From positions 7,410,483 to 7,474,482 of the forward strand of contig SMSO01000032.1 in assembly GCA_004764695.1 (NCBI GenBank): a stretch of 64,000 bases of DNA, given 5' to 3'. The DNA is from Schizochytrium sp. TIO01. Taxonomy: Eukaryota > Protista > Bigyra: Labyrinthulomycetes. This document shows, one piece after another, positions 32,542-44,111 of this stretch. Below the pieces are notes generated by a model. That model saw nothing but the letters and a program-made list of their open reading frames with translations, had not been told where the DNA came from and made no database searches. A program made the translations under genes and the position numbers. Every line of letters begins with the position of its first letter. Within the stretch, counting starts at the first letter, position 1.

Positions 32542-34382
32542 ATTTGCAATTTCTAAGAAATACCTCAAACAACTACAACGAGATTCATCAGCCAAGCAAG
32601 CCGCATCCAAAGGCGTGCTGCTGATTGCTCTCGCTATCTTTTCTGTATTGGACTTTTCTCTCAAAAGCACTCCAGCAATCGTTCTCAACCTAAAGTTCTC
32701 TTGATCGCACACCCCACTCGACACGCGCAGCGTCACGAGACATGGAGTTGCGATAATTCGTGCACGTGAATGTATGATAAACAACTCTAAGGTTATCACA
32801 GTTATGTCTCAGGCATGTCTCATTCGCTATCAGAAACAAAGTAAAAAAATCATGTTTATGCAAACTCAGAGGTCAAGACCATGAACACAAGACCAACAAC
32901 AATTTACTACATTCAAATTCCACGAATAGCAAACTGATTTGCATATTAACAAAACAAACTCTAAAGAGATGTCTCTACCTCTAGTTATGAACCGCTTTAA
33001 TCGTGATCAAGCAATAATGGGCATCACTCAGTACATGGTGGGTACTTACTTTACAGCCAGATCATTTCTGAAAACTTTGGGTCTCCGCATTATGGGTAAT
33101 TGAATGCCTCTAATTATTACTTTGTGAAATAAAGCCCATTCAGGATTTGATAAAGAAAGGGCAAATCAAATTTATGATTCCCCAAGAGAACTTAAGCTTC
33201 CTACATTATACCGAAACTAGAACTGGCGTATATTTTTAGCTATCTCATGACATCTCATATGAAGAGAGAGCTCTTACAAATTGCAAAACATAACCTTTTC
33301 ATCAGTATTAGAAAAGCCAACCAAAACTACCTACCTGCTTAGTCACTTCTAAGCCTACTCGTATACATATATTCAAAATTAAAAACAATTAAAAACAACT
33401 AATTTAAAAAAGGAAAGGGGTAGAAAGACGAAATGGAAACCAGGAAGCAACGTTCGTGTTTTTAACAGCGGCCTGACTTCGTTATCACAAACTGCCCAAA
33501 TTTCCATATTTCTACAGCTCAGCGGCCCTGAATATAGCACTATTACGCGCAATGTTGCATTGGGTTTACTTATTTCGAAGTGGCAAGAACAGCACAAGAA
33601 AGAGAAGGAAGAAAAGAGAAGTAAGGGTTCTCACTTATAGGGTTCAGATAGGCATTAAACTAAGGTACTATGTAACACTAGCCGTTGGTTGTCACCGGAT
33701 CTCTTTTCCTGACTGTATTGGTACCAAGAAAAGAGTGCGAAGGACTTCCACTATATCACTGAGTGGAACGAGTCCACCAATGTAGAGCTTTGAAAGTAGT
33801 GGAGCTTATACTGAGCACTATCGAATCACTGGAAGGAGAAGTTACTCAGGGGCAAGCGCACGCTCGCGACGTGCGCAAGTCTCAGAACGTGCGAGACACG
33901 AAAGGTTGTTTGAGCAACAAGCTTGCAAGCAGGCTACCTACTCATATATTGAATCGATCTGTATATCGGCAGGTGCTGGCACACGGGAGCGAACTTCACC
34001 TCTCCTGAAAAACAGCCTGCTCGTCGTTCTCGAATCCTTGCTGGACGGATCAAGACCTGAAGCTGGGGCATTCAAGTTACAATCCACGTTGAATACGGTG
34101 CATTTAGATAGCTAGTGGAGAACAGGTACACTGTTTGTCTGAACTGAGGCGAGTCTAGTCTTATTTTCAAACTTGGTCTCTGGAAAGCAAAACTTTGTTA
34201 GAAAGAAAAAAGCATTCGTACCAACGAAGAAGTAGTAGAGGTGCAAGTACTGAGCTTCATTAGCATCTTTGAAGTTTTTTCTAGTTTTGACCTTTTCTGA
34301 ATCTTTATTCAGTTAGCCTGTATGGTGAACTTCCACTGGATGTGACGTTGCGAAAAGGGTCAAATCAACACAGGTGGACATC

Positions 34383-36059
34383 ATGGAGCTTGATGCCAGT
34401 AATAAAGACGTGATTATAGGATGGTGCGTTTTTGGAGGCATGCTGGTCTTCTTTAACACGCCATTAATATTCATGCTTGTCTGGAGAAAGCATCGATATA
34501 TAAAGATTAGAAACATGCCTCTTATTGCAGAGATTCTAATGCCAAGCTCTGTATCAGCCTCAATCAGTTTCACATCAATATTGCGCCTAAGGTTCTCTTT
34601 ATGCAGGGTTTATGAAACTATATATGTAATTCATGCACTTAAGTGCATTCTGCCTTTTCTATTGCTGTATAGACACTTTTATAATATTTATCGGTATGGT
34701 GCTGTAGTTGAATCACACTCGAGCGAGGAGGCTACGCAAGGTCGACAATTTAGGCGAAGTATACTAAGCAACTTTGCCTTAAAATATTGCGCTCGGGATC
34801 CAAATTTTCCTCGCAAGGCCCGGATTTTCGAATTTACCGTGCTGGTTAGCTCTATTGTTGTTTGCCAAAAATTCATATCTCATCATGAAGATACTGAACT
34901 TGACCAGTTCTATATGTGCGGCGGGAAGTTTCATGGACATCTTACCACTAAGTATTTCTTCTTTGAACTCATTTGTATCGGCGCTCCTTTTGCATCTATA
35001 TGTCTATTGCTAGGTCGAGGTCTTGTGGAGGAATTGCGACGTATTGGTAAGCAAGGAGACCATTTGGGAATAAAACGAATGCTCTACTCCTCGAACAGAA
35101 GTCTGCTAGTAATGTCCGCATTTGTGACCGTGGCATATTGGCTTTCCACTTTTGGAATAACGAGCATGTATCCTGTTCACCTTTGTTGTTTAACAGGGTA
35201 CGTTACAGTATGCCATGTGTTATGTTGGAATCCGCTATTACATGTTTGGAGAACGAGACATGAAATAATAATGAGAGAGTCTCTTGATGCAGCTGGCCAC
35301 TGCGCTTCTGAGCTAGATTTGCTTGAAGCATTCGTAAATTCAACCGAAGGCTACGCGCTACTGCTTCCCTTTTTCAAAGCCGAACTTTGTGTTGAAATTC
35401 TCATGTTCATTCGAGATGTAAGCACTTTTGAAGCAAAGTTTAATGAGCGCCTACTGAGTGGCAACCAAGGATCTTTGATATACAAAGATGGTGGGAAAGT
35501 TCAACAAGGTTCAAAGATTTCGTCTCAAGTCGAGACTATGGGGGGGGTTCTCGCTTATGAATCATACCTTCGAGTGAAAGCAAAAGAGGTGAAGAGGATC
35601 TATGAAAAATATATTCAAGCTGGCGCGCCATACGAAATTAATTCAGAATCGGCTCATTGCCTTGAGGTGCAAAATTTAGTAAACTCTGTTCCGGTACAAA
35701 GTTTATTAAGAGCACAAGATAAAAAGCAAAAGTCCTTTACTCATTTAAGATTGGGGAGCAGGAAAACTTTTCCAGAAGATACAGTGTCAAAGGAAACAAA
35801 TGCTCCTAAGATTATAGATAATCCTATTCCGACGGATTGTTTTCAGAAACTAAAAACCGAGCAGCTAGAGTTGATGCTTATGGATCTGTTTAATCGGTTT
35901 TGTCAAGCAAGTCCAATTCAAGGGCAAGCTTGGAGATCATTTTGTGATCGACAACGTGAGATCGAGCTCTTACAAGCTTCGCAGGCCAATGAAAAAGACA
36001 AAATGAGCCACACATCTACAAGTGGGGTGGTCCAATCTTCAACCAATATTATTGACTAA
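34383..36059 (+). CDS. Seven-transmembrane RGS-domain protein (AtRGS1-like architecture)
   Basis: About 7 hydrophobic segments; RKHRYIKIRNMPL after TM1; GDHLGIKRML; RGS box LEAFVNSTEGYALLLPFFKAELCVEILMF...KRIYEKYIQAGAPYEIN. ATG at 34383. Confidence 0.85.
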   Translation: MELDASNKDVIIGWCVFGGMLVFFNTPLIFMLVWRKHRYIKIRNMPLIAEILMPSSVSASISFTSILRLRFSLCRVYETIYVIHALKCILPFLLLYRHFYNIYRYGAVVESHSSEEATQGRQFRRSILSNFALKYCARDPNFPRKARIFEFTVLVSSIVVCQKFISHHEDTELDQFYMCGGKFHGHLTTKYFFFELICIGAPFASICLLLGRGLVEELRRIGKQGDHLGIKRMLYSSNRSLLVMSAFVTVAYWLSTFGITSMYPVHLCCLTGYVTVCHVLCWNPLLHVWRTRHEIIMRESLDAAGHCASELDLLEAFVNSTEGYALLLPFFKAELCVEILMFIRDVSTFEAKFNERLLSGNQGSLIYKDGGKVQQGSKISSQVETMGGVLAYESYLRVKAKEVKRIYEKYIQAGAPYEINSESAHCLEVQNLVNSVPVQSLLRAQDKKQKSFTHLRLGSRKTFPEDTVSKETNAPKIIDNPIPTDCFQKLKTEQLELMLMDLFNRFCQASPIQGQAWRSFCDRQREIELLQASQANEKDKMSHTSTSGVVQSSTNIID

Positions 36060-36109
36060 ATCGTTGTTGTAACCAATGGAGCATTGCCACGCACAATCTC
36101 CAGCTAATA

Positions 36110-39100
36110 TTACTGATTAATTTGTTGTAGCATGATGGCCGCTCTTTCTAAATTTTCCAATTCACGAAAACCATCTGTTGTAAGACGTACTTGTTCCGCA
36201 ATGCTATGCAGAAACGAAGACTTTTGTCCCATTCCTGCTCTTTCTGCAGCACGTGCCGCCTGACTTGCAAATTGAGTTGCCATGACCAAATTCATTTTGG
36301 CGCCTGCCTCGTTCTTGATACCTCGTCCAAACCATCCAGCACTGGAGCAAGTTGATGCCAGAGCACCCCTGAGTTTAGCGTACCTTGTAATTTCTGCCTC
36401 AGATTGCTTCCAGTCAGAGCAGCCAACGCGTTGCATACCTGTGCGCGCGCTGGCAGCGCGACGACCCGCTCCATCGTTGAGAAGCTCTATGCCTATGTAT
36501 TCTTCAGCTCGCTGATGAGATCCATCAGCAAAGGAGATAACTGCACCTTCTATGTCGACTACTAAATTTCCTTGTGATAGCTGCGTTGATGCCGTGAACC
36601 ACCGCGCGACTCCTGAGTTCTTGTCTAGCAGTGCAAGTCCAGCCTGGATGGGCACCCGAGCGATACCCCTTGAAGTTCCTACACGTACAAGAATACCATT
36701 ATCGCGTACCACAGGACGTGAGAGGACGCGGGCTTCTTCCAGATGATGTAATTTAGGAAATAAGTCGCGAAGTTTAGACTTCCACGTCATAACCGGTGAG
36801 CGTCCGCGAGGTGAAAGTGAGAGGCGGTGTATTGTGTTGTCATCAGAAATAACAACCTCCGAGCCGTCCGCACCTCCTTCTATGTAAAGAAGTGGGCGAT
36901 TATCACGAGTGCACAAGTCCATGGTCCAAAGATCAGCTAGAGTCTCAGGCTGCAAACCATAAATCTGGCAGCCATGAAGAACAACAACTTGCTGGCCATC
37001 TAATGCTGCGTGAACTAGAGCAGGACCGAATGGGTCTGCAGTACTTTTGGCCAACGCTTTTGCTTTCGACACTCGAAACATAAAGGGTTGCCGAATATCG
37101 GCATCAGCATCAATAAGGTTTACTTCATAAAGGGCATCAGAACCGTCAGGCGAAGACGGATTAAGCATGGCGCTGGCTTTGACGTAAAGATTACGCCCCA
37201 ATGCTGCTAGCCGCTGTGACTGAACACACCCTCCACCAGTAAGGCTCTGCGGACACGCCAATCGTCGGTGGGGCGCGCACAGCACACCAGTCTCAGGATC
37301 AATTCCTAGAAGGTCGCCATCTAGAGTAAGTACAACATAGCACTTTCCTTCGGCGGCAGGCGCGATATCAACAATACGGCATGCATCTACACCCTCCGGC
37401 ATCGATAAGCTCCAGGTTGAAACACCATCTGCAACTCGGAACGAGTCAACAGATCGGCAACTACCGGGAAACATTGAAATTTCACCATGTATTTGCAACC
37501 GGGAAAGAGCACGAGGGCGGTCGGCGTCAACAAGCGGCGCATTCCATAAAGTCCTGAGGTTGTCTGCAAAGTAGCCTGCTAGATTGCCACCACCTGCAAC
37601 AACAAGTCGAGACCCAGTTGAATCGATTGCCATAATGCCTTGCGTAAAGATCTCCGATCCAGGAGATTGGGTAGCTACATCAAATGGTGCCGCTGGAAGG
37701 AACTGTGTTCGGGCATCATTAAAAGAGATGTCCTGGGCTAAGCTGACTTCTGCTGGCACCCAGTTATGGTGCGGTACAAATTTAAATGTGTTCGTAGGCC
37801 AAGGTATAGCATCTGAAAGGATACCATCCAAGTCTGTGCTTGCAAACAAATGCTTGGAAGCAATAGCAGCAATAATTGCGAGAATTGCGGTACGCACAAG
37901 CAATGTACCACACATATGCAGATTTGAGCGACCCCCGCTGACTCGCTTAGAATTCTTTTTGCGACGGCGTTTATCCTTTTCCTTGCTTGATTTATCGCTT
38001 CGTGAAGAAGATTTGCTACCTTTGCTATTCGCTTTGCTGTTTTTGCTCGTGCTCATTGATCTACTCTTTCTACTATTTGTGCTATTACTTCGGAGATCGC
38101 GAGATACAGGTTTGCTCCCACTATGTACGGATGAGGAGCGACGAGGTCTAGAGCCTGATCCGTCTTTACGACCATTTTGGCGTCCATCAACTTTACTATC
38201 TTTGCGCTGGGCGGTTGCAGCCCTTCCTCGATTGACATCTTCTCCTCGCTTACCTCGCTGCGGGCTTGGTGAAGCGGCCACTTTTGCAGAATGTTGACTA
38301 CTACTGTGGTGACTACGAGAGCTGCTGCGGCTTTTGCTTTCAGACCTTGAGCCTTGTGCAGAGGCTCGAGATAGAGACCCCGAGCTTCTTGCGGAGGAAC
38401 GGGATAAAGTCCTTGACTTTCTGGTGGAAGAGCTAGAACTAGACCTTCGGCTTCCTGCAGAAGCCCGAGATAAAGATCTTTCAACTCGCCGGTGCTCACG
38501 GTGGCTCTTGGCTTCCGACTTAACACTCCGTGTAGATGACAGGGACCTTTCATGCCGACGGGGTTTCGAAAAGTATTCTTTATTGTTCAACATCACGCCT
38601 CGGGAAGACGACCGTGACAAGGATCTTTCTTTGGAGTAGGGCTTTGAGACATATCTCTTGGCATTCGATTTGACACTTCGAGACGAGGAGTTTGATGCAG
38701 ACCTTACGCTTTGACGACTTGTGCTGCGACCCCGAGCTTCAGTCTTGCCACCCACGCTTTCAGGAGGTTTGCTATATTTAGGAGACTTACTGCGCGTCCT
38801 TGCTTTACGCGCCTTTGAATTATCAGTCCATGGCTTTCGATGGGGAATGAAACCTAGTTCAGCTGCTTCGCGCAAGGATGCTGCACTAGTTGATCTCGGC
38901 TTTCGCGAGAACCCCAAATCTGGCCCGGTGGAGACCTTGGTCCGAATGGCAACCATAGCAATATCGTTTTCACTATCACTATCGCTTTCGAGCGTGAAAT
39001 CGCCGCTCTCCCCATCGCTGACATACTCCACATTGCCTACAATTTCGTAGCTGTCTACGCCATCGTCGTCAAAGTTCGCCTGGGAAATCTCGCTTTCATC

Positions 39101-39304
39101 TTCATCTGTGAGCGACACGCTGCTCATCGAATCAGCGTCTCCAGAGCTACGCAGTTGCTGTCGAAGCATTTCTTCAGATTCTCGCTGCAGACGAGCTGTT
39201 TCTTCACGCCTGATTTCATGCTTGCGAGCCCTCGCGACAGAATTGAGACCTGCCTTTTCACGCCCGTTTTGCACAGCTCGAGAATAAGCAGCTCGAGCAG
39301 ACAT
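36110..39304 (-). CDS. Single-pass membrane protein: long RS/SR-rich N-terminal region + TM + possible beta-propeller (PQQ-like) domain
   Basis: 1064-aa ATG ORF; TM LLVRTAILAIIAAIA; C-terminal LLGIDPETG, IYGLQPETLADLW and ALLDKNSGVARW resemble PQQ-repeat blades. Confidence 0.8.
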   Translation of the reverse strand: MSARAAYSRAVQNGREKAGLNSVARARKHEIRREETARLQRESEEMLRQQLRSSGDADSMSSVSLTDEDESEISQANFDDDGVDSYEIVGNVEYVSDGESGDFTLESDSDSENDIAMVAIRTKVSTGPDLGFSRKPRSTSAASLREAAELGFIPHRKPWTDNSKARKARTRSKSPKYSKPPESVGGKTEARGRSTSRQSVRSASNSSSRSVKSNAKRYVSKPYSKERSLSRSSSRGVMLNNKEYFSKPRRHERSLSSTRSVKSEAKSHREHRRVERSLSRASAGSRRSSSSSSTRKSRTLSRSSARSSGSLSRASAQGSRSESKSRSSSRSHHSSSQHSAKVAASPSPQRGKRGEDVNRGRAATAQRKDSKVDGRQNGRKDGSGSRPRRSSSVHSGSKPVSRDLRSNSTNSRKSRSMSTSKNSKANSKGSKSSSRSDKSSKEKDKRRRKKNSKRVSGGRSNLHMCGTLLVRTAILAIIAAIASKHLFASTDLDGILSDAIPWPTNTFKFVPHHNWVPAEVSLAQDISFNDARTQFLPAAPFDVATQSPGSEIFTQGIMAIDSTGSRLVVAGGGNLAGYFADNLRTLWNAPLVDADRPRALSRLQIHGEISMFPGSCRSVDSFRVADGVSTWSLSMPEGVDACRIVDIAPAAEGKCYVVLTLDGDLLGIDPETGVLCAPHRRLACPQSLTGGGCVQSQRLAALGRNLYVKASAMLNPSSPDGSDALYEVNLIDADADIRQPFMFRVSKAKALAKSTADPFGPALVHAALDGQQVVVLHGCQIYGLQPETLADLWTMDLCTRDNRPLLYIEGGADGSEVVISDDNTIHRLSLSPRGRSPVMTWKSKLRDLFPKLHHLEEARVLSRPVVRDNGILVRVGTSRGIARVPIQAGLALLDKNSGVARWFTASTQLSQGNLVVDIEGAVISFADGSHQRAEEYIGIELLNDGAGRRAASARTGMQRVGCSDWKQSEAEITRYAKLRGALASTCSSAGWFGRGIKNEAGAKMNLVMATQFASQAARAAERAGMGQKSSFLHSIAEQVRLTTDGFRELENLERAAIMLQQINQ

Positions 39305-40920
39305 TCTTCTTCAAGTTCCCTTTTGTCTTCGGTCAGCCTCTCCTAAACTAGCTTCAGAGGCCACCTCGCAGCAGGCCTCCACGGCTTGCAGCTCCACGCG
39401 ATACCTCCCTCGCCAAACGAATTCTGCAAATCAGCTGATCCCGCCAAAAGCAAGTCTTTGCAGACTGTGACAGCAGGTCCCTCGCCTCGTCCAGATCCGA
39501 CGACACTTACCAGCCCACGAAGCGGCCAGTTGACCAATTCTCAATTGTCGCTCGCCCTTCAAGGCCTCAGCTCCAAGCTTCTTCTGGGCGAGCGAGTTTG
39601 CATGTGCAAGCAGAAATTGACTTCCCCTTCTACCAAACAGGTGTTTTGCACAGTGCTTTTGTACAGACACCACTACCCAATACGATAAGAGGTGCTAGTG
39701 CTCACGCCAAGAGCGTGCACACAATTTAAGGGTGTTCACTACTTCTCCAGTACCATCACCAGAGTCAATCAATATGAAGAATTGCCCGCACGTTTCATTG
39801 CATCGGCCGAGCAATCGAGCATGGTCGCATCACCACCTAGCCAAGCGAGAGCTGTCTTGCTCGACTCGAGTTTAGCGCAATAGGCCCTTACTTGGGACAG
39901 TCTGCTCCACACGTAATAAATTAATTATGAGTGGCTCAGTTACGGGAAACGCGTATTGAAAAATCCAATGTATTACTATCTTTCTTTCTATGTTTAGGCT
40001 AACTGCTACCTACAGTCGCATTCCTATGCGCTGATATACCTGAAACGGTGTCGTGCTATTTACAATTAATTTGATTCTTCTTCTCTTCTCTGTAATATAT
40101 TAGCAATGTAAAGACAGAACTCACATCAAAGTCGCCGCTGTTTAGGTTGTGAAGCACAGTTTGGCGATTGGTGCGACGAGCCATCGAGGTTGGGAATTCT
40201 TGAGGAAACAATCTCTGCTACAGATCAAAATGGGTGTGGATTTCTGGAGGCGACGAGCGAGGGACGATTTGGTCAGGTGTATGATGGTGCCTTTCACTGC
40301 TTGGTTGATGGTAAGTAGGGAGGAAGTAAGTACCTACGACAAGTTTGTAGCCAGTCGGCACGCACGCGCCTAAGGCCCATTACGAAAACCGGTAGTGTCA
40401 GGGTAGATTTACATTGAGTGACACGACTCAGGTAGGGACTAACTGCACGTGTGAGTGAGCGATCAGGATTGAAGCAAACCAAAGGGACTCGGCTACGCAG
40501 GAAGCTGGTTTTTTGCATATTTGCTGTAACTTGTGTTTTAGAGCTGCCATTTAGCAAGTAATATGAGGAATCAGGGAATTATAAACATGTCTAGTTTTAT
40601 TTGGACACTGCAAAGGTGGCGAGGGGAATGGGTCGTTTCGGGAGTAACGACGAAATGTGAAGATTAGCAAAGAACACAGCTTGCTCTTGTCTAACGTGAA
40701 ATGAGCGATCTCATCATGCTTCTTTGAGAAAAGAGGCAATTATTAACGTTGATTTTCTATTATTAAAGGAAGAACATCAATAATAATTTCCTTCAAGTTA
40801 TAATTGGTGATTGAGTATGAACTTTGGAAAATGAAAGAATAATTTAGATGCTATTATTGTTTGCGCCTTGTTTTAGGGAAAGGGAATGATTCAAAAAGTT
40901 AAAGTGGGCGAGTATTTGTC

Positions 40921-42162
40921 TCATAGGGTTGCTTTGTGAAGATGCTTTTCAAGATAGATCGTAGATTTGCGGTGTAATCCAACCGGCTTTATGAGGCGGT
41001 GAGGCTCAAAATCAATGTTAGCCAAGGCAATTGCTTGATCACCAAACTGAGACAAAAATTCTCGACAAGCTGCAGCATCTGAATTACATGCATCAACTAC
41101 CCTTTGCAATTTCCATGCCTCGAATGTTTGTATAGCCCGAATGCCTTTGCAACCACCGACCTGGAACTCAGATTTTCCAAGGCCCCTCGGCAGTTCATTC
41201 CCAAGCATATCTGGATTCGCACGAATATATTCACGGAGTGCTTCAACAGTATGTAAAAGCATTGGCATGTGCTCCTTAAAAAATAGTTCCAGGATGGGCC
41301 CAAGAGTCTCTGGAATCTGATCATCAGGTAGGAAACCTGCTTGACCGACGGGCTCACTTGTGAACTTGCGTTGGGAAGGATCATACGAGGCTTTTTGTTC
41401 AGCACCTGGGTATACAAAGCCACGGACACGCTCTACATACTCTGCAACTTCAGGGTAATTCTCTTTCATCATTTTGCCTGGTACAGGGTCCCGGTACAAA
41501 TGCGCATAAAGAAAAGTAATGAGCCCAAAGTCACCAACACATGGTGCATTACCAAGCAGATAGCGGTGCTTGCGTAAATGAATCGCCATTGCATCAAGAA
41601 AATTGCGATATGTCTCTTCAATTCCAGGGATGGTGGCTGGAGATATTCCAAGTCCTGGGAGCATCCCGGAAAATTGTTTCATGTTGCGACGTGCAAGTTG
41701 TAGGCGCTTTTCAAGATCTTCCGGGGTTGAATTAGCATGCCCTTCGGGATTTCCAGCGCGGTCCCATTCATGCACTAAAAATTCAAGCTGCTCAGGGAAG
41801 TTCCAACGAAAATGCATGCCAGGTAGAAGAAACCATTGATCTCCAAAGATCTCTAAAATTCTGGCGACAAGCTTTTGACATGGTGAGCTTGGAATTACCG
41901 AGCGGTCATTGGGGAATTTTTTCTCAAAGTAGTCAATTATCACAGTCGTGTCTTGAATCACGGTGCCATCACTATCGATAGCTACAGGCACAACTGCCCA
42001 GCCTACGTTTGGCAAGATAACGTGGCGGTACACGTCTGCGCTGGCTGTCACCAATCGCAGAGGCAGTCCTTTATACCGCAAGTACCCATGAGCTTTCCCG
42101 GTGTATGCAGACTGCTCCATGCCCAAAAGCGTCACGACGCCGTCATCATGTCCTTCAGCCAT
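40921..42162 (-). CDS. Glutathione S-transferase-like protein (large, bacterial-type family)
   Basis: SAYTGKAHGYLRYKGLP, VVPV, IQDTTVIIDYFE, FGDQWFLLPGMHFRW, YLLGNAPCVGDFGL, YAHLYRDPVP. First ATG is 42162. Confidence 0.9.
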   Translation of the reverse strand: MAEGHDDGVVTLLGMEQSAYTGKAHGYLRYKGLPLRLVTASADVYRHVILPNVGWAVVPVAIDSDGTVIQDTTVIIDYFEKKFPNDRSVIPSSPCQKLVARILEIFGDQWFLLPGMHFRWNFPEQLEFLVHEWDRAGNPEGHANSTPEDLEKRLQLARRNMKQFSGMLPGLGISPATIPGIEETYRNFLDAMAIHLRKHRYLLGNAPCVGDFGLITFLYAHLYRDPVPGKMMKENYPEVAEYVERVRGFVYPGAEQKASYDPSQRKFTSEPVGQAGFLPDDQIPETLGPILELFFKEHMPMLLHTVEALREYIRANPDMLGNELPRGLGKSEFQVGGCKGIRAIQTFEAWKLQRVVDACNSDAAACREFLSQFGDQAIALANIDFEPHRLIKPVGLHRKSTIYLEKHLHKATL

Positions 42163-42743
42163 GATTGTCACCTGCAGTGGGGCAATCCTAGCTTGCAGAA
42201 CAGAAGCTCAACTTTCAAGGGATATGATCTGATGCACAAAGCGCAGAGGTCGTCGACCAGTCTGCAGCTCAGTCTGAGCCAAGCTCTTCAGAATCGCGTG
42301 TGACACACGGTTCTCCCTCGCCGCTTTGCACCAAGGCAGTTTCTGCGTCAAGTCTGTTGCTGGCAAGTTCAAGGACCCAGGTACTGAGCTTTGGAATTCT
42401 GATCCCTAGCTAGACTCCCAGACAGGGTCTTTCCGCTCCTTGTCTCTCCCTTATCTTTAACGATGTCTCACCATGAAAATTAAGAAAAAGCTCGGGACCT
42501 CTTTCTTTCAGTTCTCTACGACCTCCAACTTGTCCACGAGACCAGTGAACTACAAAGCTCGATCGCGAGCAGCCCGGAGAGACTTACTTGTTTCCTTGTG
42601 ATGTTGCTGATGTCTTCGGAGATGATACTAGTACCTACTCGAGTATACGGCGTGAATTGCATCGTTCTATCGAGGGTCTGAGTCTGGTAAAAGAAGAACT
42701 CGAGTCCTTAATTGGGTAAAAGTACCTACCTGAACAAAACAAG

Positions 42744-42842
42744 AGGCAAACAAAACGAAACGAAACGAAATTAAAGAAAAGAAAAACAAAGTCAACGTCA
42801 ATGTCAACGTCAAAATCAAAATCAAATCAAAATCAAAACCAA
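42744..42842. repeat. Compound A-rich short tandem repeats ((AAACG)n, (GTCAAC)n, (AAAATC)n); probable polypyrimidine tract of a minus-strand UTR intron
   Basis: Repeats are directly visible; the minus strand ends in TTGTTCAG, an acceptor-like sequence. Confidence 0.6.
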
Positions 42843-44111
42843 CCCTGGACCTGTCAAGGGTGGACGGACTTAGAAAAATCTTCATTACAGAAAGAAACCT
42901 TCAACTCCATCCACCTGATAGCCTTGACACTTTTAGAAAGTTTCGCTCTTAGTTGATGTTGATGACGCAGACGATGACGCCTTCGAAGACATGTTGGTCC
43001 GCTATGATGTACTGAAAAACTGAAAACGTGCAGACAGTAGGTAGGTAGGTACCTAGATACTTGCATCGAAAGTAGACTTTGTGTGTTTCGACTTTCACGT
43101 CATTTGTTCTAGTTTTCAAGCTTTATTACCTACCCGAGGTTCAAGTTTACGTGGGGAGGGAGAAAAGGGCACATAATACTAGTGATTCAAGGCAGGTGAC
43201 GATTGTTTGGGATTGGGTTTCAATACCAATGGTTCAGAGCAACAACTTATTGGTCATTCTGGCTTGAGTTTTTACTCAAGTTTCACTCAAGCTTAAAGGA
43301 TTCTAGGGCATATATGATTAGTGAATGTGACTTCAAAGTTGTGCGCATATGTCGCTAATATGGCCAGCCTATTTGAGACATTCTACATCGACAGGGATAA
43401 CACAACATATTTGACAAAGAGAAAAACGGCCTTAAAGCGTTTGCAGCTATCTTCTTTTTTCACAACAACCCAGAAGGAAACACAGTAGATTATAGAGCTC
43501 AAATTTCAATTATTTTGGTATTAGACACAAAGGTAGGTAGGTAGGTAAGGAAGTAATTAAGTAGCGAAGATAGACACTCTAAGAACTCGGGCAGTTCAAG
43601 TTGTTGAACCCGGTAGGTACAAGCGTCCCCGCGAAGTATTCTGGGTTAACGTGTGCGAATCGGTCGAAGAATCGTCCCTTTCAAGGTTTTGAAGTATAGA
43701 GCAGTTGCACGATGTATCTTGTCAGCGCTCAAACGTAGTAGATATGTAGGAGACGCTCAAGTTTAAGGCCTATCTACGATTCCTGCTTTAAAAAAAAAGA
43801 ACCTGCCGTAAAGATTTACTCGTACTACCCGGCATCCCAGAATTTCCTAAAACTTATAAACCACTTGAAGGAGTGACAATGGTCATAAGAGGTATGCCAA
43901 ATAGCGCCTTGGTTGTTGATGTACGAAAAATTCGAAGCTGGGAATAGTGTAAGTTTGATAGAAACAGCAACATTGCACCGAGATTAAGCTGGCATGTAAC
44001 ATCGTAAAGGAGCTGTAAACCCCATAAGAAATTGGCTTCTAGAACTTTCAAACAGTATGCCAACAAATCTGTCTGCTCTACACAATGCCAAGTGGAAAAG
44101 CGGTATTCAAT

